From contig NC_068985.1 of NCBI RefSeq assembly GCF_001194135.2, positions 54,909,458 to 54,973,457 of the forward strand: a stretch of 64,000 nt of DNA, read 5' to 3'. Both the position numbers and the translations under genes were made by a program. The DNA is from Octopus bimaculoides. Its lineage: Eukaryota. Position 1 is the first letter of the stretch, and every line of letters starts with the position of its first letter. Below the pieces are notes generated by a model that worked only from the letters and a program-made list of their open reading frames with translations, ran no database searches and was not told the origin of the DNA. Shown piece by piece: positions 54,358 through 64,000 of the stretch.

Positions 54358-55602
54358 CAGGGTGTCCCAGAAAGATTTACCCATGTTTAAAACTCTTCCA
54401 AAAAAATATCAGTTCAGGTAATATTATCTATGTTTTACAAAAAGATTTAAATATGTCTTTTGTTCATGTCTATTGTTTCATTCATCTATGACAGGTTTGT
54501 AAACAAACATGATGTTGAAAGCAAAACGTGACTAGATTGGCACTTGGAAAACAGTTGAGTGAGTAACAAGGACATAGCAAAACAGTTGAATGCATGCTGT
54601 AAAACAGTGTTCAATACCTGGAAATGACATATGGAGTCTGCCACTATTTCTAGCAAGCCAATTCCTGGTAGGAAATGATCAATTCATATCAAACAAACTG
54701 TTGAAGCTGTAAAGAAGCGAATGAGCCAAAATCCTCACAGAAGCACAAGAAAAACTGCAAAAGCTCTTGATACTTTGAAATCATCAATGTACAAGATTCT
54801 TAAAGAGGATTTAAAGCTAACTGCATACAAGAAACAATCCCGACAGTAATTTCTACAGCTTCCAAGAAGAAACGGCTCAAAAAAGGTAAAACCATGTTAG
54901 CTGAGATGAAGCATGCCATTAACAAAGTGTTGATCTGGTTCAACAAGATCTTCACCATGGAGACACTTACTAACAGGCTGAATGACAGGCTTTATGTACA
55001 TAATGCAGGTGACTTGCCCGATGGTAGCAGGAGTTATTTACACAGTTAGAAGCCAGCTTCACTCATGATGGGTCAAAGTCTCCCTTGATCTTTATTGATG
55101 CTGGCATCAGGGTCAACAGCAAAGTTTATGTGGAAATGTTGGATGGGAAAGTGTTACTCAGGGTAACAGAAACCTTTAGTGACTGTTACATCTTCACTCA
55201 AGATGGGGCTCTGACCCACACATCCAATTTGACACAGAGGTGGTGCAAAGAGCATTTCAGTAGGTTTTTGGGCAAGACGATATGGCCTCCTTCAAGTCCA
55301 GATATGGATCCCATGGACTTTGCAATCTGATCCATCTTAGAAAGTAATATTTCTGCTTGCTCCTATTCAAATGTGTCAGATTTGAAAAAAAGCCCTTCTG
55401 TCTTCAAGGGTCAAGTTGGATGAAAAAGTGGTATGGCGCTCATGCATCTCAGTGACTGCTCATTTGGAGGTTATGATCAAAGTGAAAGGTGGTCATTTTG
55501 AAATGCAATTACTGCAATGGATTGACAATTTACATTAGAACATTTCATTATCCTACCTTAAGTTTATTTTGAATAATTAAGAAATATCAATGGGTCACCC
55601 TG
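54358..55602 (+). mobile_element. Full-length decayed maT-type Tc1/mariner transposon (DD37D)
   Basis: TA|CAGGGTGTCCCA...TGGGTCACCCTG|TA termini. Translation FTQDGALTH..WPPSSPDMDPMDF has exactly 37 residues between D (55202) and D (55316). HTH-like region NPHRSTRKTAKAL..ILKEDLKL; several stops. Confidence 0.9.
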
Positions 55603-55919
55603 TAGATCCATATAGATGCAAGCGTGTTTGCTTTTCAATCACGATGACACACACTGAATCTGAACCCAAGAACACATGCAATATCACCTAGCCCCATCTT
55701 CAGAAGGTAATTAATCTGGCAGTCGAAGACACAATATGTATGTGCATATGCAAACACACACATATATAATCATATATACATGTATATACACACACATATA
55801 TGTACATACATAAATATTTATATGTACACATACACATGCATAAATATACATATGCATACATATACATACAAGCATATATACATATACACACGTGCAGGCA
55901 TCCATGCACAAATGTGTGT

Positions 55920-55958
<39 letters not shown>

Positions 55959-57613
55959 ACAGTCTCCCCTGTTGATTTCAATGTATGGGTGTCCAGTTGG
56001 TCAATGAAATATATACCTAGTCAGTGAATTAGTGAGAAAAGTAGCTGATTATTTCACAGACACATATATCCATAATATAATTCTCAAGTAGAACCATCAC
56101 AATACAGGCAAGTGTGACATGACTGGACATTTTACAGCAACAGTTAATCTAACAGGCTTCTACATAGTTTGTGTCTACTCCAAATTTGACCAGGGGTATA
56201 GTAAATGGACTTGCTAAAGATGAGATGGTGACGTTTGAGACAGATACTAATGCAGGAACTACCAGAACCATTTGTAAAGTCTCAGTTTCCTCATCCTCTT
56301 ACAGGATACATTCTACATGGGAGTCTTGAAGTATAGGGGTTCATCACACTAGGGTTGTGTAGGCTAAAGTTGATTCCATGGGTCCAAACTGTATGAGAGA
56401 GAATGAGAAAGAGACAAAGAGAGAGAAAGAAGCAGAGGGAGAGGGACTGAGCTGTTTAAAACAATCTGTTACTTGATGTTTTTAAAGTTTCAATATATCT
56501 AGATTTCCTGTTATCTCTCTCTTCCCCCCNNNNNNNNNNTCTCTCTGCTTCTCCTTCCCTTTAAGGATTAGACAAATATTTGAAATATCATCATTATAAT
56601 GACTTGTTAAATAGATGCTAATGTGCACAGTAATGAATATTTATTGAGGTGTATGTCAGAGCATTATGGATCTGTAGCTATTAAAACATCTGGAGTAAAG
56701 AATAAAAAGGAACATTAGGCTGTTATGCTCACAGCATACATAGAATTATCAAAATGGTATTCAATTGTAGCTCAGAACTTCCATTGGGTGTGAATGCAAA
56801 CAAAAACAAAAACACACACACACACAATGGGCTTCTTTTAGTCTCTGGCAACCACAATTACCAACAGAGGTGTTGCACGAGTGGAACTGAATCTGAAACC
56901 AAGTGTGAAGCAAACTGTGAGAGAGAGAGGGAGGAAGTGAGAGAGAGAAAGGGAGAGAGAGGGGAGAGGGAGGGAGGGAAGGAGAGAGAAAGAGAGAGAG
57001 AGAGAGAGAATGAGTTCTTAAAGAATGTCACATGAACTCAAGGAAGCTGTAGGATAGAAGCAGATTTCTGAGGTAGGTCTCCGGGCATACATTCATATAC
57101 ATTTACTTGGAAACGATGATGGCATGAACATAGATTTCCAAGTGGAAAATAAGGATATTTAACACAAATTCATGTAATAATTTAACATAACATGACTTTG
57201 GGAATATCAAGATGAAGAAATAAGTCCCTTAGGACAGAGTTTAATTCTAATGTTGTAAGGAGCAGAAGTAGGTAGGTGGATGGGAAAAGGTAGGGGACAC
57301 AGCACCATTAGGGATAGGTAGATGGGTTAGTAGATGAATAGGTATAGGACATAAATGGGGAGCAGGGGTAAGTGTGAAACATGGGAAACAAATTCATCAG
57401 GCAATTAGAAATAGGGTAACTAAGGACATATAGCTGCTAAAAGTATTCTATGTCATTAACCACCACTGCTGCTATAACAGTGACGCTGCCAGGTCCACAA
57501 TTGTCATCATCATCATCATCATCAGCATATGTAAATTTTCTTTCATTAACATCACCATCAATGCTCCAGCTCTTTTATTCTCAAACTTCTCTTTTCCCTA
57601 TCATTGATACACA

Positions 57614-57826
57614 TTAACCCTGAGCATTCAGATTACTTTGTCGAATTTAATACTTATTTATTCAAATTGTTTTGGATTAAGCATGCATAATCTTGTGGCT
57701 TTCAGATTGCAGTGATGTGATTGTTTATTTTTAGGATGATATTGTGGGTTGAATATGGCCAGTTTTAACATAAAACAGGCAGAATATTTTGGCTGGATAT
57801 AGCCAGTTTAAATGCTAAAGGGTTAA
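57614..57826. mobile_element. TTAA-flanked piggyBac-type MITE
   Basis: TTAA|CCCTGAGCATT ... AATGCTAAAGGG|TTAA. A second, right-truncated copy lies at 40108-40292 (TTAA|CTCTTTAGCATTCAGATTACTCTGTC). Confidence 0.85.
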
Positions 57827-58130
57827 TAATATTGTCAATCAAGGATTACATTCATATCCTCAGCAGCAGCAATAGGACCACCAAATATTATTACCATTAC
57901 TGCCTTCACCACTATTCCTTCTATTTTGATTATGTATGGCTCAATGATACTTTTATCACTACTTTGTCAAACAAACTTCTCTGATGAGGTCAGAATAACA
58001 CCAAGTGTTTGGAGCTATACCCCATCCTTACTGTAAAAATGAAAATAATGTTAATCATTGACTAACACCAAGTTTTATTCACCACACAGCTACTTCTGGT
58101 TAGCTTTTCAAGTATCAATAATAATTTCTA

Positions 58131-58540
58131 ATTGTGGAAGGAACCTGTGGAAGGGGTAGACCCAGGAAGATGTGGGATAAAGTGGTGAGAAAGGATATTC
58201 AGATGCTGGGCCTCATTGAAGAAATTTCAAGGGACTAGGAGTTGTGGAGATTTGGTGTAGTTGAGAAGACATGTCAAGCTAAGTAAAATTGTGGTCATCC
58301 ACACATACAGGTTTGTCCTTTATAGATGCTGATGCCATATAAAATGCACTTGTGCTGGTGCTATATAAATGCACATGTGCTGGTGGCACGTAAGAAGTAC
58401 CCAGCACACTCTGTAAAGCAGTTGGCATTAGGAAGGCATCCAGCCATAGAAACCATGCCAAAACAAATAATTGGAGTCTAGCCAGCCCCTGTCAAAATGG
58501 AAAACAGAGACTAACTGGTGATGATGATGATGATGATGAT
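58131..58540 (+). mobile_element. RTE-clade LINE 3' end, short and degraded
   Basis: gtggaaggaacctgtggaaggggtagacccaggaagatgtggg (VEGTCGRGRPRKMW), followed by the family 3'UTR and a (GAT)n tail. Confidence 0.75.
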
Positions 58541-58994
58541 GAATGAGCCTTTTGTATATAATGCTCAGGTGCACTACAGATCGTTGGAGAAAGTAAAAAG
58601 GGAACAGAAAGCAACAATAAGTCAAGTAAAGAAAGTGATGAAAGCCACAAATATATGCACAGTACACAACAAAGAATAGGGTAGTTGCAGGGGCACATCG
58701 GGAGTAGTGTTGGTGAATTTTGGGAAGCATGGAATTTTTTAAGGACCCAGTGTCCTGACAGTCAGCAACCAGTGTGTGTAGTTTATTCTATGCTTCATTT
58801 ACTCTGAGTATGAAAAAATGTTCCTGAAAGCCATGGGTGCTGTGTTATTTTTTTGATTTTTATAAACATATCCATCAGTGGTACAGATATTGAATTAAAA
58901 AAAAGTGGCTAAAGTTGTTGGAAAGATGATGGATAATGTTGTGAACCTCTAGTAAGTCAGATGCTATACCCTAAAGCTTTCGTGAATGGATACT

Positions 58995-59207
58995 CTCTCT
59001 CTTTTACTTGTTTCAGTCATTTGACTGTATCCATGCTGGAGCACCGCCTTTAGTCGAGCAAATTGACCCCAGGACTTATTCTTTGTAAGCCTAGTACTTA
59101 TTCTATCGGTCTCTTTTGCCGAACCACTATGTTACGGGGACGTAAACATACCAGCATCAGTTGTCAAGTGATGTTGAGGGGACAAACACAGACACACAAA
59201 CACACAT

Positions 59208-59240
<33 letters not shown>

Positions 59241-59405
59241 CGACAGGCTTCTTTCAGTTTCCATCTACCAAATCCACTCACAAGGCTTTGGTCGGCCGGA
59301 GGCTATAGTAGAAGACACTTGCCCAAGGTGCCACGCAGTGGAACTGAACTCAGAACCATGTGGTTGGTAAGCAAGCTACTTACCACACAGCCACTCCTGC
59401 GCCTG
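58995..59405 (-). mobile_element. SINE family A, young-looking full-length copy
   Basis: Complete from the tail to accacacagccactcctgcgcc. Confidence 0.9.
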
Positions 59406-61065
59406 TACAAAAATATTTAACATCTATCCATCCATCCATCCATCCATCTATTTGTCTATTTAGTCATGTAATTATTTCTAGTTAACTTTTTAAATGTTCA
59501 CTGCATTAAATATGTAACATTAACTTAATTACCCACCTATCTATCTTTTGATATGTCTCTCTTGTTATATAATTATTTCTTTTAATCATTTAATTTTCCT
59601 AGTATTAAAAATGCTAACACTAACTTAAGACCTTTTACATTAAAGTAGTTTGATCAGGCAATGAACTTATTACTAACTCTAATGACATAATTTTAAAAAC
59701 CAAATATAAGTCACAGAAATGTTGCGGTTAGTGCTGTACACAAGTTGAGTCTAAGGTCTGACTAGAGTCCAATACTAACTGAATAAGTAGACAGAGTAAA
59801 CAATACATCTTAATCGTACATACAGAGGGAGCTTCATGTTGAGTGAAGATAGACATCTACTTAACTATCTCTCTATACATCTATATCTATGTTAGTATCT
59901 TGTTATACTTGGGGATAGTCATATTTTGCCAATTAAACACCCACACTGTATATTTGGTTTTCACTTTAGCATTATTATTATTGTTTTTTGTGTCTTTGTC
60001 AAAGCTTTCATCACGCATCCTGTGACCTCTTCAATAACTCTCCATCCCATATGTCTCCTCTTGTTCTACTTGTTCCATTTTGTCTTTGACAAAGGAACTA
60101 GAATAATAATAACTAAGACCAAATATATAGTATGTTAGTATCTATCTGTAGCTGTCTACTGAGGTATTGACACATCAGTTCTCTATATGGATATTTATTT
60201 TTCTTTCAATGTAGTGGTGGCAGTGGCAGTAGTCGAGGCAACAGAGAAGAGAAATGGATTGAAAAACCTATTCTACAATGACGAGTTCAGAGGAAGAAGC
60301 ACAGGGGCCACAGTCTATTGCAGGACCTCAGGGACTAACTGATGGCAGGGAAAGAGAAAAGAAAACAGAACTCATTAGACACAATCCATTCCACACAGGC
60401 TTTTGTACATTAAAACAACGGTCCCTGAGCTTATTTTGGTATGGAATCACTGAATTAATTTCCAAAAACAGAACTTTTACCTATATTTCATTGATAATTT
60501 CCTACTGAATTTCAGACATTAAATGAATAAAAAATTATTTTACAAAGAGAACTTACTTTATATATATNNNNNNNNNNNNNNNNNNNNNNNNNNNNNNNNN
60601 NNNNNNNNNNNNNNNNNNNNNNNNNNNNNNNNNNNNNNNNNNNNNNNNNNNNNNNNNNNNNNNNNATATTTATTTATTTATTATATATTTCCCAATTTCA
60701 AAGTAATGGTAATTTGTTCATATACATATATCATCATCATCATTTAACGTCTGCTTTCCATGCTGGCATGGGTTGGATGGTTTGACTGAAAATTTGTAAA
60801 TTGGGGAGCTGCACCACGTTCTGATCTGATTTAGCAAGGTTTCTATGGCTAGTTGCCCTTCCTAACACCAACCACTCCAAGAGTGTAGTGGATGTTTCTT
60901 TACATGCCACTGGCACAGGTGCCATTGATCTGATACTGACATTGGCTGCGGCTATGGTCTCACTTGGCTTGACAGGTCTACATAAGCATGGTGTGTGTAT
61001 ATATACATAAATACATCTATGGCAAATGAAAGACAGAAGATGGAATATACGAGAATTTATTATTA

Positions 61066-61171
61066 ATCGCGACAATTATTTTGACACATCTAGCATTGAT
61101 CCCTTATGGGTGGGACACTCAACAAATGGTTCAGGAGCATCCCACATTACAGATGTATCTCATTGGGTAAT
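61066..61171 (-). ncRNA. Decayed type I hammerhead ribozyme with extended, branched stem II
   Basis: Minus strand: ATTAC-CCAATGA-GATACATCT-[..GTGGGATGCTC..GAGTGTCCCAC..]-AGATGTGTC-AAAA-TAATTG-TC-GCGAT, followed by AATAAA. Confidence 0.55.
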
Positions 61172-61415
61172 AAATAGACACAACTCATTAAAATAACAGT
61201 TCCACAATGCAACTTCTCGTTTTGTTGAAATGAGTTAATGGCGAAACCCAGTCTATGATTAGTTCGTTATTTTGTATATTTTCATTTGTCTTGCCCGCTT
61301 ATGTTCTGGTGGTTGCTGAATTTTTTCTGGAGAACATTCTTTTCTTCGTGGTTAGATCGTAGGTGATCTTTTTCTAGCATATCGGATGTCCACTTAGTGG
61401 TCATCCCTTCTTATA

Positions 61416-61452
<37 letters not shown>

Positions 61453-61871
61453 ATAATCCTTGGATGGAATTCATAAATATTTTACTGCATCTCATAAATT
61501 CCATCTGAAGATTATTATTGTTATTACTACATTTATCCTACATTATATTGGCACAGTTTGGTGCAACCCCAAAACCTGGTGTTGCCAGTTGGCATCATTA
61601 GGTTGTAGCTGATATATTAAAATAGGAGCTTTTATATGCATATTCAAAATGCTTTCTGTCAAAGAAATTAAAGGATTTATATATAAGAACAAAATACCAT
61701 TATTTTGAAGAGTGTAAAACCATTTTTTCCTCAAAAAATAAGTATGCTCAGCTGTCACTTGCAAGCAAGTATGGCCTGGTTACATGTACCATACTTTTGT
61801 TAATTATTTTAAGTGCCTGTGTATTCGTCAGCAAGGATAGACATTCTCAGTAGTACATCCAGAGAGAGAGG

Positions 61872-61915
<44 letters not shown>

Positions 61916-63419
61916 TAGAGAGAGAGAGAGATGTACTTGCATCCAGCTGGTATTCATTTACAGCTGAATAGACAAAAGTGATGTGAAATGAAGTACCTTG
62001 TTCAAGGACACAATTTAATACCCAGTCCAAGAATTGAACACACAACCTTATGAGCATCCTGACCACTAGATTTCACTACTTCAAATATTTACAGAATAAA
62101 TCTATATAACATTTTATTAAAGAACCCTTGCAGAACCCCTGAATTTTACATGGAACCCACCTTGAGAAACCTTCCACTGATAGATAGAAATGACTATAGT
62201 GGTACCAAAGACATATTTCAGTGAGTTCTGTGATTTTTTCTCCCTTTTGTTGTTGCTGTGTTGTGTTAACCTGTTCATGCCCATATTTGTAATGAAATAT
62301 GTATGTGTTTTAATTATTTCTATTTATTTTGAAAAGAATCAAGAATTTGGAATGATTTAGTAAAATAGTACTTTTTCTTTAATTAGGTATGAAGGCGATA
62401 TTTATAATATAACATAAAAGGTTCTTACAGAGAACTACAATGTGAAGCCTTTTCTTTTGTTTATTTTAAAATTTAATGTTTCAAAATAAGAGCTGTTTGT
62501 ATCATAGAACTAGAAACGTCTGTTTTAGCAAGCAGCTTTGTATCGAAAGAGTTACACTTAGTTAACTTTTTCGACGATATAGTTTCAGAGCTGCACATAT
62601 GTCAGGACATATTAGAGTGTTTTAAGGTCAATCAACTGACAAGCAAATCTGTGGTATTGAGCAGAATATTTGTTATAACGATATTTCTACCTCAGCAACT
62701 CTGCACTGAATCTGTCTGAAATGTAATGGGAAATAGGTCAGTTTCAAAACATTCACGTCTAAGTCACAAAAGAAAAGTTTGAAGGGAATATTAGTCATTT
62801 CCTTTGATATCTAGGTTGAAATAAATAGAAAACAACACCGACTGACCAAAGACACACACACACACACACACAAAAATTGCAACATAATGTAATTTTAAAC
62901 TTGACATAACATCTGGAAACCCATCAAGTGGCATCACAAATGAGATGGCAGTAACCAAAGCTTTGTGAGTGAATTTGGTAGATGGAAACTGAAGGAATCC
63001 TGTTGTATGTGAGTGTTTTTGTGAGCGAGTGTGTGTATGTCTCCTTGTCTTGACATCATATGATAGATGTTAAATGGCCATCACAAGTCTTACAAGCAAA
63101 GTCATTCATTTCCAATAGTTGGTGAGAACATGTCTGGCCACAAGGAAATATTACCTTACTTGGAAACAGGTAAGGGTTGGCAACAAGAAGGACATCTGGC
63201 AATAAATAAAAAAATCATCACCAATAAACTCTACCCAACCCATACAAGAATGAAAAAGTGAATATTAAAACTATGATGATGAAGATGGCGGTGGTGATGA
63301 TTGTCTCATGGAGAAGAATTAAACAATTACTTCTATAAAATATAACCTATAAACCAACAAATTACTTCCCCTATCTAACCATCCTTATCTTACTCCCTCA
63401 GTGATGGTGATGGTGATGG

Positions 63420-63452
<33 letters not shown>

Positions 63453-64000
63453 TTGGGGGGGGGGATCCAGCTTCCAGCAGCAAGTTGCTATTTATTATAT
63501 TAAGAATTCTCTACAGTGACACTTTAATTTCAATTACATCGACAAGAAAGATCTACATAGCAGATACCTGACTCATTAGGCCTTGAGAATAGAGAATACG
63601 AAATTATATTAACAAGTTAGTCTTGTTTCCTGACAACTTCTCCAGTCTGGCACCAGTTTTGCCATGCCTGGAATGAGAGAAGTGGGGAAACTTTGACATA
63701 GTTACAAGTCTGAAGAATTTCTTTACATTTATGAAAATATTGTTGTTTCTGAAAACACATACTCATAGAATGTTCAACTTTTCTATCAGCAATTACAAAA
63801 GAAACAGGCTTGGAAGGACTGGAAGAACGGTGGTAGCAGGGAATTGTACCAATGTGCCAGAAGGGAGGCTAGGCGACAGGTTTATTTAGCCAGAGGGGAA
63901 GCAGATAAGGAAAGATTTGCCAATGTTCTGCGCTGTGAGGACCAAAGACTCGAGGTATTTCGTGTTGCAAGACAGTGTAGGAGAGAGAATAGTGATGTTG

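Noticed and set aside
58960-58990. Minus-strand GAAAGCTTT palindrome as a hammerhead 3' half
   Set aside because: No CUGANGA or stem II partner is found upstream; a SINE occupies that position.
60278-60508. 76-aa plus-strand ORF with a non-repetitive start
   Set aside because: Short, no recognisable domain, and of a length expected by chance.

Overview
AT-rich, repeat-dense eukaryotic DNA with 11 N-gaps. The SINE/LINE families and (CA)n/(TA)n density look like an octopus (cephalopod) genome; this is recognition from memory, not a search. The only host protein-coding sequence I can support is two minus-strand exons of a SIK3 (salt-inducible kinase 3 / QSK, AMPK-related) kinase: 24463-24526 and 4619-4780, joined by a 19.7 kb phase-1 GT-AG intron. 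The neighbouring kinase exons were not found, so the window is probably almost all SIK3 intron. The introns hold tRNA-derived SINEs (two families), RTE-clade LINE 3' ends, an RTE element with three C2H2 fingers, Penelope-like and CRE-like remnants, decayed D34D mariner and DD37D maT transposons, and several MITEs. The most notable observations are: decayed hammerhead-ribozyme folds (one directly behind a Penelope ORF, one with an extended branched stem II); a ~435 bp near-identical inverted duplication and two abutting inverted SINE pairs that could form long intronic dsRNA; and head-to-tail SINE stacks. I found no convincing intact novel system; these are candidates for follow-up. Repeat boundaries are approximate (about +/-20 bp) unless TIRs or splice sites are quoted.
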